From Nageia nagi (taxonomy: Eukaryota > Plantae > Pinophyta): a DNA stretch of 64,000 bases. The stretch is from NCBI GenBank assembly GCA_050084985.1, contig JBITNC010000001.1, positions 27,032,001 to 27,096,000 of the forward strand. The letters are read 5' to 3'. A program made the position numbers and the translations under genes. Of this stretch, positions 51,337 through 64,000 are shown one piece after another. The notes below the pieces were generated by a model, which saw nothing but the letters and a program-made list of their open reading frames with translations, made no database searches and was not told the DNA's origin. Numbering within the stretch: the first letter of the stretch is position 1; each line of letters opens with the position of its first letter.

Positions 51337-54300
51337 TCAATTTGTTGTACCATCTGCATCCTCATTTTTTTGCAATGCATCCATAATAAGCTTATGTTCC
51401 TCCATAAAAATACTCCATAACACTTTATTATTAGGTATTCCTTTAAATCTATCAAGTTTTATATTTGTTTTCAGTACCAAATATGAGTAGTATATAATCT
51501 TCTTATGTATTTCATAATCTTCATATGCAAGCAATCCATTCTTTCTTTTGAGATATATTCGTAGCCATGTACCAAAAACCACCACAAAACTTGTTGAATA
51601 CTCAAATCCATCATCATAAAATTAAGTATGAGTTAATTTATATTTTTTTTCAACACATCTTAGTAACCAATACTTTGTTCCCTCTTCATTCCCCTTAGGT
51701 GCCACAACAGCATACACATATCTTGCAACCAAAATTTGTATCAATAAAGTATGATATATAAAACTAACATATATACATAATTATGCTTTCATATAAATAT
51801 ATTGAATTAAATATTTTAATTTAAAATGAATTAAATTACCTTCTTTTACAAGGTCCAAAATACGATCATAGTCATCTATCATAAATAATTGATTCTCATA
51901 TTCAATTCCTATTTCATGTTGATCATGTGATTACATAGGTGTCAAATATCTTTGCTTCCATTCCTTGAGCCATTATTTATTTGTACATGCTTTCCAATCA
52001 CTTGCAATACAAAACTAACAAAAACACACAAGCTCTCTTGTTCATATAGTCCATGTTCTTGCATTTGAACTCCTAAATGAATGCCACTTTGTTGATCCAC
52101 TAATTATCTCACAATCATGATGAATTAGAATATTATATTACTCAATTAACCAAAATAATAATCAACTTATATAATTATCACTTGATCCTGTAGATAATTT
52201 TGTATTACACCAATCCATAATTTCATGTGCATCTTTAAATTTGGTTGCATCTTCAAATTTCAATTTCTCTCTAGCAAGAGCTCTTTTAATGCATGCACCA
52301 ACTCCATCATGTTCTTCTTTACCATGTACAACTTCAAAAAGACTCCACATATATTGGATATTATTCTCTTTGTGAACCCTACTTAGCTAATAAAACATAT
52401 ATTCATTTTTAAATTATTCTGTACAATTATCTAACCAAAGTAAATGTTATGCTATTTGAATTTTTCTTTCCTTCAAATTATTGTAAAATAGCTTGAAGCA
52501 ATATTGGATAAACTTTGATGACTGTAATCGATTGTCACTCATGTTGAAATGATACTCCCTCAAATTTTTCTTATTATCTTTTGTACTATCATCTACATGT
52601 CTATATATAATATGAACAAAAATGAAAACTTGCATTGAATTATAATATTGAGATTGGATTTCTTATTGTGATGTAAGAGTATAGTTTTCTGCAAAGCAAC
52701 CACTGATAATATAGTTTCAATTGAAAATGTGTTTCTAAATAAATGAAATTCCCTATCAAGTCACTAAGCATGTTGGGAGTGTTTCACATATTTGGGTAGT
52801 ATCTTAATCTTAAAATAATCCATAAATGTATGCACATTAATATTTTTAATGATCAAATCAACATATTTTCTATTTTTTCCATCCTTCAAAGCATACTTAA
52901 TTTCTTGAATTTTTTAACATCTACTAATTGTTGTCCAAATTCATGTTCATTAATTTCATGTATACATCCTCCTAACAATGAAAAGTTACCACAACTATTA
53001 CATTGTCCAAAAATACATGCTTTTAAATAAAATAATTGCTCATTAAGAGTTTCACAAAATAAAGTCACTAATATTTTCAAAAGGTGTATTAGTAATACCA
53101 CATTCATGCATCAAATTATTAGTATGAAAAGTACAATGAATTCCAAAAATATCATAATAATATCCAAATTGTATATGAGTCTTACAACATACTCTATGTT
53201 TATTAATTTTCATTTACAAAGGTTTGCATTTTTCAAATGATCTTTAACTAATATTAAATGGTAAAAATGATTCACTTGAAATTTTTATATAAATTTTAGT
53301 TTTAATCATATATAATAGGTGTTTAACATGAGGATCATGATTTTTTTATCCTACTCTTAGTTTCAAAACATCTCTAGTATTAGATGAAACCCTAGTATTA
53401 TCATACCAAAAAATTCCAATTAAAGATTTATTTTTGTTATTCAATTTCATGTCAGACCATGGGAGTCTACCACTAAAACTCCAACATTGTTTTATTGGAT
53501 AAATTTCAATACTTTGTATTCTCTTTGTAGCTCTATGCAAATTTTTATGATTTATGTTTAGAAATCCATTAACCTTATAAATGATTTTTTTTTAGTTGAA
53601 GTTGTTTTACTAACTAAAGTTGTTGTTATAGCTTGACATGTCATATTATTATCTTTAGATAGACTCCTCTTCCCTATAGAGTCAATGACACTAGCAATAA
53701 TGGATATAACATATTTAAGGTGTTCATATTTCTTCACACAAACACCTAAAGTTTTCTCTCCTTTTCTCATTTTTTGCATTCTCATTAATTGCAATAAGAT
53801 TTGATATTGAAAACTTAATGTTTGCTTAGAGAAAAATTGATCATATACTATATTTGCATATCTTCTTATTTGTCTCCAAGATTTCTTACCAGGGATATTA
53901 TCTAATCTATTGCTTTCAATTAAAAAAAATACCATCAAAAGAATTATTAAAACTAGGGTTTTTAATATTATTTACTATTTATATTTCTTCATGATTAGAA
54001 TTAATATCATCTACATTATCAAAACGTGGGTTGAAAGACATATCTATATTTGTTTCAATATTCACATTTCACATGTAATTCAAAAACGGATCTAAAGCCA
54101 TACTTGAATTTGTATCTATAGTCATCAAAATTGAAGCCTCATTAACTTGTGGATTTGAAGATGTACTTGGATTTGAAGCTTCATTCAATGTTGGACTTAA
54201 AGAGGTACTTAGATTGGAAACTTCTATCATATCAAGATGTTCCATAATTGCATCATCTATGTTCATCTCTTCAATTACATTCTCTTGATTGTTCTCCTCC

Positions 54301-54455
54301 TTAATTGCAATTGAACTTGATTCTTTAATCCTTGCATATCTATCTCTTTTTCTTTCTACCTTCTCTTTCTTCGCTTGAATTTCTTCATGTGTCATAGTCC
54401 TCCTTGCTCTCTTTGTCTGATGATGTTTTGAACCATTGATTATCAAAATTATCAA
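51337..54455 (-). pseudogene. Sola-like DDD transposase with at least one intron, disrupted
   Basis: Triad contexts V(D)FAENY at ~52681-52700 (1-nt deletion), WLDNCTE*FKN at ~52405-52437 and HGKEEHDGVGACIKRAL in ORF 52162-52350. Cys clusters CIFGQCNSCG and LVCFC..C. Intron donor at 51839, last exon ~51720-51337. Confidence 0.8.
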
Positions 54456-57400
54456 AGCAAACTTAAAAAACTCTCTTTGCTCAAGAATTTCTTCTGAAAG
54501 TGATAGTTTATTTCTTGTGAAAATCCTTCTTTTACCATCTAATATTCTTATTTCACAAAAATATTGTAATAGTTACCACCTTTGACAAGAGATTAAAAAA
54601 TGGAGTACAAAGAGATTCTTCTCAATAATTCTACATTAGAAAAATGTAGGAACATCACTTTCAAAGCTTAGTATGATGTAAAGTATAGACAAGATGATGT
54701 AGAGTTCAGAAAAAGTACTATCCAAAGTACTATTGTTAGTAATGGGTACATAAGGAACAAAATTTTATTTTAAAATGAAATTTCATTCTTTTTTAATGTT
54801 AAAAAAAAATAATAAAAATTTGTTTTGAACCTAAATTTTGTTATTTGAATTTAGGTTTGGGTTTAGCCTTGGAAAAGGCTTGGTGGGCCAAGTCTTAGCC
54901 TTGGACCTACAACTTCTTGTTCATGGCAATGGGAGTGAAACATTGTGATTTCTAATGGATGTTTGATCAAGTTTTCTGAGGAGTTTTTTTACGAAATTAA
55001 AATCCGTTTCAGATCAAAGAGTATAGATTACAAATATGTAATTTTTTTACAATTAGATTATATTTTCTATTTTTAAATTATTTTTCAATGAAATTAGTTC
55101 TTAAACTTGAAAAATTAGGTTCTATTACCTTTTTAATAACTTTTTTTGGGGGGAATTATGAAAAATAATTAGTGTGTAATGTATAGATAATTATCTATTA
55201 TATAATTTTTTTTTGAAAAAAGGATAATTTTAGGTCAAATTATGTGTGTTGTAGATTGGTACTTTTTGAAATAATAATTAGGGCCAGTAAAAAATGAATT
55301 AAAAAAATATTCATGAAAATTTTATGAAAAAATATCCTGACCAATCTTTAGTGTGTCTGGTATCTTTTTCCAAAAGGATTTTAAGAAATATTATATTTTA
55401 AGTCAAATTATGCTTCTCTTAGATGTGCACGGTATGGTCCTAAAATAGTACATTTTAAATAGTGGCTTTTAGAAGAGTCTATCATAAATCAACTTCTATC
55501 AACTGGGTATTGGAATAAATTACATTTTTGAAAACTACACTCCAAGCACTACATTTTCACCCTAGTGATAGTTTTCAAGCTTCCATTTCTAAGGGCTTCG
55601 AAAGTTGAGATCAATTATGAACAAACCTGAAAATCAAGGAAAACATGCCCACTTTTTGCCCATTTCGTAGATCCAACTTCTGGTACTGACCCTATTCTTA
55701 AGTGTCTCTAAGATATCAAAAGACTTGATAATTATTATTCTTAGATTTCTAAGGAGATTATTTATGTTAGGTTGATGTGGTTTTTTGGTGGAAATTACTA
55801 AATCTCTAGCTTATTTATTTGTAGTAATCAATACCTCATTATTATTATGATTATTCCAATAAAGTTATTATGAAATGGTAGGTTATTAATAAGGTTTTAT
55901 TCCATTTTGTTAACTTATGAGAATAGAGGTATTAAACGTTTTTTTTTCAAATGTAATTTTTTTAGTTTCTTTTCTTATCTACACATAGTTATCTATAAAA
56001 TATCATTTATTAGGGTTTAAAAATCATGAATAGAATTAGGAGGTAGTTTGTAAAACTATCCAAGACACATTTTTCTAGGTTGTGAGGGAAGACTTTGGGT
56101 TACACTATTTCATCATTAATGAATGTTGTACAAGATATTTATAAAGGGAAAATGTGAAGAGTGGGATCTTCCTTCCCATTGGAGATGAAAATTTAGGGAT
56201 GTTAAGTCTAAAAAGGGGATATGAGGGTGCACTATATTACGGACCAGGGGATTATTCATTATGATAACATAATTAATTGATGTCTTATTATGGTGAAAGA
56301 AACATTTTAAAACTTTTATTGTAGCTAATTATTTAATCTTAATATACTTATATGATGAAATGAATTATATTCAAGATAACATTGAACCAAGAGGTGATAG
56401 GTTCAAAAGCCATAATAACATTTGTAGAAAATATAATAATATACTTATCTAATTATTATATATTTTTTTGAGTAGTTTAAGGTTGACTTGCAAATGAATT
56501 TGAATTATTATATAGTTTTAAAAGGTTAAAAAATATAAAATAAAGTTGGTAGTGGATAATAATTGGCTAGTATGGAGATTGTGTGACCTAAAATCCGTTA
56601 ACCATTTATTGATTTTATATAAATTAAGAACAAGAGAGAAGGCATTTATTTAATGATGTAAATGTTTTGACTTTGACTTTGATAGTTGATTATTGATTTA
56701 TGTTTGGGCATCATTTGATCTACATCTTTAAGTTTTCAACAAAGAGATCGAATTTGAGAGGCACCTCAAATTTGGTGGATGGTTTGTGGAATTTATCTTA
56801 ACAATTATAATCCTTGATAAGTGAATGAATTTTGAGTTCATTATCTAGGGAATTGAAATGGAATTACATTAATAAAAGTTTGACATCATATGATACCAAT
56901 AAGGGATGTTTTAGGTACTTTCAAAAATATCATGGTAGCTATATGAGAATTATAACTATCTTTAGGTATTATTTTAAAGATTTCATAGCTACATGCAAAA
57001 TGATGTGGTAATTTGGATAATATATAACATGGTGGTTGTGATATTTATGATTGATCAATAAGAAAAAAATTAATAATCTATATACATTTTATACTTGGTA
57101 TGAGGTCAAAGGTATGCATTAGGTATATTAACAAACTAACAAAAATGATAAATTGATGAAAATGAAAAGAAAAACTCTATAATATGAAATCTTGATCATT
57201 TCTTCTTATATTTTATATTTAAATGAAATATTTTTTAAATTAACACTCTTCTAAAAAATCAATCCCTAACAAAATAATAAAAAACAGTTATTACAAAAAT
57301 TCATAATATTAAATAAAAAATTCTTTAATTAATTATTATAAATTCATGTACAGGTCAACTGAAAACACTTCAGAAAGCCCATTAATTAAAACCACATTTT

Positions 57401-58438
57401 AAATGTTCAGAAAAATGGTTTAAATGATCTAACATTCAAACGACGTTATAACTGTTTTAAATTGATTTAACCTTTAATTTATTGTTGCTAAAGCGATTTG
57501 GGCTTTTCTTTGATGAATCTTCTCATCTTCTTACACTAAATTATAAAGGTTGGAAAACCCAGAAGCAAAATAAATATTAAAATATAAAATTCTTTATGTC
57601 ACTACTCGTGACACCTGCGACAAAACTTCTAGATGAAATAGATGAACTTGCAGAACTTTTATGGGGACTGTAAGATGAAAATATCATAATTTTTATTATA
57701 AATTATGTTTTTCTTTCTCTTCCTAAATCCAAAAAAAAGTAGATCACACTTAAACTAATCAAGACTGATTCCCCGGGCGCCTCATTAGATCTACTAACCT
57801 TTGCTTTGGCTTTGAGTGAAAGTTATGAATTAGTTGACTAAAAGGAGCTTCTACCGACTTGTGTGATAACTGGGGCCTTCAAATGGATATGGAAATATCA
57901 TCATTGCCGACTTGATTTGGCTTTTGGATAAGAGTCCAAAACTTTTGCTCAAACTACTCATTAATGATGTATATATCATTGGATGAGGTGGAGGTATTGG
58001 GTGAAAATTGTTGGGCTTGTTGAAGGCATATCTCCTATACAATATCCATTCTTTCAACGTGATGATGTGGAGTTTTTGAGTGGAGGACATGCAATTGTAG
58101 TTGTCAAAGATTCGCCCATGCTTTACCCCACCCATCTTATGATGGTGAAATATTACAAGTGAGGATGACTTGATAAGGCTCAAAAGTAAACTGTATCCAC
58201 ATTAAATAAATAAAGTAAAATTGATTAATTTTAACATGTGATGTAGATGATGAAAGAGGTTAAGGTTATCATCTAATTGTATAAGATAGAATTAGTTTCT
58301 ATAATTGCATGAGTAAGAGTATTTAGAAGAGTAATTTCTGCATGTTATTAATTAATTTTTATTATTTTTCATTAAAAAAAAAGATAAAATTATAGAATAA
58401 AAATATAAAATATTAATTATATAATATAAAAGTTAAAT

Positions 58439-58658
58439 GGTTAATAGTTGTAAGGGGAGTTGGTGAGAAAGTGAATTGTTAAAATTCTTTGATAAAAAAA
58501 GGTAGGTCTCAAGTTGAAATCTCTCCTCCTCACATGCATGGTATCTAAAATCTTATTTAGTTATGGTAGGTACAGATGAGACGGGGATCATCCCCCCAAT
58601 GGACCCTGTATCAGGGGACAAAAGTTCTACCTCATAAGATGGTTTATTCAACAAAAAA
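58439..58658 (+). mobile_element. tRNA-derived SINE-like insertion (~220 bp)
   Basis: GC-richer island with a degenerate B box GTTGAAATC (58513-58521), a 3' poly-A tail and an 11-bp TSD AAAAGTTAAAT (58428-58438 / 58659-58669). The A box is weak. Confidence 0.7.
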
Positions 58659-59839
58659 AAAAGTTAAATCAACTATGAAGATAAGGCACATATGATGCGT
58701 ATAGGTCGTATGGATTATATCTTAATACTAGTTTAGATAGCTTTAAAAAATATCTACAAAACGTTGAGAAGTATCAATTTCAAGGTGTCTATCTTAAATA
58801 ATTTTATACATACATAAATATTATTAAGTAAAAATACAAAAAACATTATAAATAAAGATACAATAAATATCACACAAAATATTATTTATTTAAATATATA
58901 ATAAATATCATATAACAACAATTAAATATATTAAAAAATGTGAATTAATTTCCATCATCCATTTATATAAGTTATAATTATGGATAAATTTCAACCATTT
59001 GATTATTGTTAACGGACACACAAGTGACAAATGAGCTCTCTACCTCCCTCTTGTTTGTCATTGTAGAATGTATCCAGGGTTTATTTTAAGAAAAAAATAT
59101 AATTTCAAATTATATTAACAAAGGCTATTTCAATTTACTTCCGATTAGTAGGTTGGCTATTCTCGTAGAAGAGCGTATAGTAAAAATGACTATTCTAAAA
59201 GTTTAAAAAAAATTATGGAAAAAAAGACAATTCCTAAAAACAAAAATTTCCTAAATATAACATTGATAACAATTCATATAATTTCAAGCATCAAGATTAC
59301 TTATAATAATATAACATCGATAAGAATAATTTTTTATAATATTAATATATATTTCATGCAATTTGCTTTATTACATTTATTGTAAAAATTAGCTATAAAT
59401 ATTTTAACATTATTGATTGACCATTGAAATAATCTCTTAATCTTAAATTTTGATAACAATACAAGTGTTCCCTCCATTAAAATTATAAGATAACCCTAAG
59501 GAGGCTACAATTATAATTTGTACACTTGGAGTTTCTTATACAAGAGCTACTAGAAAAATTTATTCAAAGATCATGATAGTTCATAAAATTAATTCAAGAG
59601 AAATTTGAGGAAATAACTCAATAAGTTCATAAAATTACAAAATACCCCTCAATCTTTGAAAATTAAATAAATACCTTTCAAAGTTTTTAAAATTACAAAA
59701 ATACCCCTACTTTTTTCTTACCTCTGAAACATTATTTATTTAATACAGTATATAACTTTATTTAGCATGAAATACTAGTTGGAACACTCTTACATTTTTT
59801 AAAATAATTAAAAATTGTATTAATATTACCACAAAAATG

Positions 59840-60015
59840 CTCATTCGACATGTTCATTAGTTCCAACCATGTCAATCCCTACTTTACTTTGGGAGAGTTA
59901 GGTGATACCGAGGACCTTCACATGGAAAATGGTGACCCCAATGAGTTCGACAACGATATGCACCTCGACTATACTCAATGATTATTATGTCTTGGAATGT
60001 AAGAGGATTGATGAA
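59840..60015 (+). pseudogene. LINE ORF1-end / ORF2-start fragment
   Basis: ATG at 59978 reads MIIMSWNVRGL, the canonical N-terminus of the plant L1 APE endonuclease. Similarity is lost right after. Confidence 0.55.
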
Positions 60016-62503
60016 AATGGATTAATCTTACTTGAGAATGAACGGATTAAACTATTAAACTACTTCAATAAATGGAATCTTTGGGCATTAATCTAAATGA
60101 TTGTTACATTTGTTAGTTTATTAGCTACATGTAGCCATATTTGTTTAATGAAAGGTGACTATTAATACTTCAAATGTATGGTTGATCTTCTTGATCATGT
60201 TGGATGTCTAGATGCACTAAAAGACTCTATAAATAATATGCTGATAAAAACTTTTTCAACAATTCAAGGATGGACAATGTTCATGTGGATATTACTAGTG
60301 ATTGATTAAAGGATGGTTGCACTAAAAATGGAATAAATTTTTTTCTAACAATTGATTTATATTACTAAAATTTTTTACTACCATGATCCTGTAGTATTAT
60401 AGGCAAACAAGGATACAAGCATAATTTATTTGGTAATTCATCCCAACCTTTTGTTAGATTGCAAAAACTTTCAAATCTTTCTAAGATAAAATTAAAATAA
60501 TAGTTAATGTTAAATAATTCAAGCTATTGATTAGAATTTCATTAAAAATATGGAAAGCTTGGACAGATACCTATCCACAATCTTGATTACTCCTCAAAAA
60601 ACTTTCTTTGTATATAAAACATACAAAAATCACTCAACTCTATTATCCTTATGGATTTAAATAGATTCATATTATTCCCTTAACATGCATCTAAACTTTT
60701 ACTAGGAAAAAACAAGAATACATCTAATGTATCATAATAATTCTATAAATAATCTTATCATTAAAATAGATAATTAAAAATATCATTTGATTTAAAAAAA
60801 ATTGCTAAAATAATTAAATTTCCATATCAAAGTAAATATTTAATAGAAATTTAATTTTAAATTTATAATATAATGAAAATATAATTACATTATGTGAATC
60901 TCAAATCCAACTCATTTATATAAAACCTTTAAGAGTTAAAGAATATTAATCACTCAATACTTAATATTAACTTGCCATCAAAATACTTATATATTGAAAA
61001 TTTTTACAATTTATTTTATTTTTTTTAAATTATTAAATGATTAAATCGTTATGAATGTTTATCACATTATAATGTAGAAAAGGAAGATTCATCCTCCTTT
61101 ATTTCCCATGACATTTGGGTTGTGGAGCCGTTCACATCAAGAGATGGGTGTCCAAAGTTGATGAAAGGTTTATGTCTACGCCAATCATGGAGAAAGTTTA
61201 AAGAGACATACAACGATGGCAAGTGTAGATATCAAGCAAAACGATATTGAGAAATCTCATACGTGGTGAAAGAGGTTTCGAAATTCGGCATGAAGCAATG
61301 GAAGTCCCTAACAAACCCAACCACTGTTGCTGATGTAAATATCTTTAAGCTCAAATATTGATGAGTAAGGACCATATTGGCTGTAATGGTCAGGATGAAA
61401 AGGGACGTATACTTCTCACCATTACAATCATAGGTCATATTATTTTGTGTTTTTTGGAAGTGTGGATTTATCTCCAAGAATTTTAATATTTAACTTATTT
61501 TCAAAATATCATTAGTTATTAAGGGTTTTAGTAAAAAAAATTATTTTATTTTGGTTAAATTGATGATTACATAAATTTATTTTTTAACAAATTCCTTTTT
61601 TAATAATACGAAGGTGATATAGCTTTGAAAATGGTATTTTGATACAAGAGATGGATATGACTCAAAAAGATGTCCATTAGCAATAGCACAAAAAATACTG
61701 GAAAAGCTAATAAGATTATGCATGTTAAAGTTTAATTTTGGTATAGAACTAACAATTTTTTAATTTATTTAATTTCTTTATACTCAAAAATACATATATA
61801 AAAAATTGATTGGTCTTAAGACTTCCAAATGGTGTCTTCTAGTGGCAATTTAATTTTTACACCATAAGGCATCCTCACATTGAGAGTTTGAAGCTTGCTT
61901 GATAGATTGATCATTGTTATGTAGTCCACAGTAGCATCCAGACGATGGAATTAGTTTGAACCGTAGATTTCAAGTTTTAGTTTTGTGAATATTTGATCAT
62001 TGCATTCCATGAAACAATCTAAATCATGCATCTTGTCAAACACTTATGGTGCAGCTCAATGAAACTTATTTTAGGATCCTCGCACCAAGCGATGACTATC
62101 GGATTTGGAATATATAAATTATTTCAGTAAATTTTTACATCGTAGGTGTCTACTCATAGAGTGAGAATGCAAAATTTTCATCAATAGTTGTGAATGTTTG
62201 GTTAACCATTGATTGAAATTAAGCTGTCGAGTTTATGTATAGCACAAATTTGTGCCAGTACTTGTGTCGTCACAAGTATGTAGCATCCATCATATCATCA
62301 TCCACCATACCATCCATGGTTGCTTCTCTTCTCATGTTTTGATCACTATCTACATCATGCATCTTGTGAAAGAATTCATTAGCATCGTCGAGTTTATCCG
62401 TACGATAGAGGGATTGGATGCTCTATTTTTAATATAATAGAGACAACCATTCTTTCATAAGTTTTGTTCTTGCCCTGTTTTATGCTTTATTTTTGTTCTT
62501 AAG

Positions 62504-63365
62504 TGTTAATATCTTAACGGATCATAACTGGATTATGGCTCATTCTTACAAAAATACATTAATTCTACACTGATAAATCGCTTGCACCACTTCGAGGGGG
62601 GCACCTCCTTAAGAATCACTTCTCACATGAAACTCAACTCATTCTTCTTTCTTTTTAATAATAGGAAAACCCCCTATAAATAGCTTTTACAACATAAGTA
62701 ACCAAATGCATAGTGCATATGGGACTAAACACAAGTACTATTTCTAATACATGTTATGGGGTCATAACATTGCCACCCCCTTAAGGAAGCTTTATCCTCA
62801 AAGCTACTACACATTACACACCAACGAAATGTAATACACACCACACACCTAATCTATTAAGGGGAGTCATAGCATTCTTATCCCTTTAGACAAGCTTTAT
62901 CCTCAAAGCTTGCCAAAAATACAAAGTACATATACAATCTATCCATGAATAACAAAGACAAGAGGGAACTAAGGAGTCCAATTTGGCCATAGTAGCGAAC
63001 AGTGCACCAAAGATGAACATGAGCCCATGTATGTATCAAAACTCCACTCCAAGAAGGATGATGCTAATGCCGAGGAAGGAACAAAAAAAAGGCTTTGGAT
63101 GTTACGATCCTAAAAGATCGTAAATGGATTATGGCTTATTCTTACAAAATTAGACTAATTCTACACTAATGGATTATTTGCACCACTTCAAGGGAGGTAC
63201 CTCCTTGAGAATCACTTCTCACATAAAACTGAACTCATTCTTCTTTCTTTTTAATAATAAAGAAACCCTCTATAAATAACTTTTACAACATAAGTAACCC
63301 AATGCATATTGCATATGGGACTAAACACAAGTACTATTCCTAATACATGTTATGACATTATAACA
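62504..63365 (-). mobile_element. TRIM (non-autonomous miniature LTR retrotransposon), 862 bp
   Basis: 266-bp LTRs 62504-62769 and 63100-63365 (TGTTA...TAACA). TSD TTAAG (62499-62503 / 63366-63370). Minus-strand PPT AAGGGGGTGGCAA at 62770-62782. Damaged PBS remnant TCCAAAGCC at 63091-63099. The 330-bp interior is non-coding. Confidence 0.93.
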
Positions 63366-64000
63366 TTAAGAAACTGACTACCTCTATCAACTAAATGGAA
63401 GCTCTATTCTTTAGAGAACCGGGTGGAGAACCTGAAGCCCTCCAATGACATCGACTTAAGGGTTTTAAGGGGTAATATAGTTGATGTTATAGGCGAAGGT
63501 GCTAAAGTGAAAAAAGAAGGTGCAACCTTGGTACCCGTGGATGAGTCCCATTGGCCCGACTCGCCTGATGCGTACCCGATATTTGACTGTGAGCCCATCA
63601 AACAAATGAAATGCTATTTTAACGATACACATTGAACATGATTAATATGTCTCTGCGTGTAGTAGATAGTTGGTTAGCTCAGCCACTTCTTTCATCTTCT
63701 CTAATTTGTACATTCCGCTTTTTATCATAACAGTATCTTGTCAAACACCGTCAATGTAGTCTGCCATTTATTTGTAATAAATTTATCAATAATTTGATCT
63801 TTAGTCTTGAATTTCATAATATATATTTTTAGTACTTTTAATAAAAATGATAGCTCTTGAAAAAGAACTATAATTTATATTCTTAATTTTACATGTAGAA
63901 AAAGAAGTATCCAAGAAATTCAATATTATTTTGTGACTTCTCCATGAGCTTTTCAAACTCTTATAGTTCCATTAATCTAATTGGAGAGAACTTTCCAAAA

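Larger units (their letters stand above)
42323..55708 (-). mobile_element. Large Sola-like (probably Sola2) cut-and-paste DNA transposon, degenerate, ~13.4 kb including a nested 2.6-kb Copia
   Basis: Left end GTGGCACTTAAG (42323-42334) vs reverse complement of the right end GAGACACTTAAG (55697-55708), 10/12 identical. Flanked by 4-bp TAAG on both sides (42319-42322, 55709-55712). Internal DDD transposase. Subterminal AAAATGAAATTT-type repeats. Confidence 0.72.

Noticed and set aside
56700-56800. Possible second LINE ORF1 (YIFKF..GGWFV) remnant
   Set aside because: Too short and frameshifted to call.
57851-58183. 110-aa ORF in a GC-richer patch
   Set aside because: No recognisable motif in any frame, non-ATG start, no splice support.
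61090-61477. Coding-like patch with an 81-aa ORF
   Set aside because: No family recognised; probably a decayed TE or gene fragment that cannot be supported without a search.
62504-63365. Cassandra (5S-bearing) or hammerhead retrozyme identity for the TRIM
   Set aside because: No 5S rRNA A/C boxes and no CTGANGA...GAAA hammerhead core were seen in the LTRs.

Overview
AT-rich, strongly CpG-depleted plant nuclear DNA. A gymnosperm-type large genome is inferred from the TE repertoire. There is one intact host gene, a 5-exon group-1 remorin (minus strand, 32715-34414, 194 aa). The first 26 kb is a nest of decayed LTR retrotransposons. A large minus-strand non-chromovirus Gypsy (LTRs 24124-26093 and 2506-2787) carries a long extra 3' ORF and hosts two Copia insertions and a complete chromovirus-like Gypsy (12806-18872, TSD GGTAT). 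To the right of the gene are a LINE remnant with an extra ORF, a 13.4-kb Sola-like DDD DNA transposon, a SINE and a TRIM. The Sola-like element spans 42323-55708 with 12-bp TIRs and a 4-bp TSD TAAG. It is the most unusual object in the window: a transposase and a multi-exon accessory gene converge on a full-length decayed tRNA-Lys(UUU) next to a TTAGGG-like G-rich tract. Separately, the large Gypsy has a tRNA-3'-end-like sequence where its polypurine tract should be. All translations and alignments were done by eye; no database searches were run.
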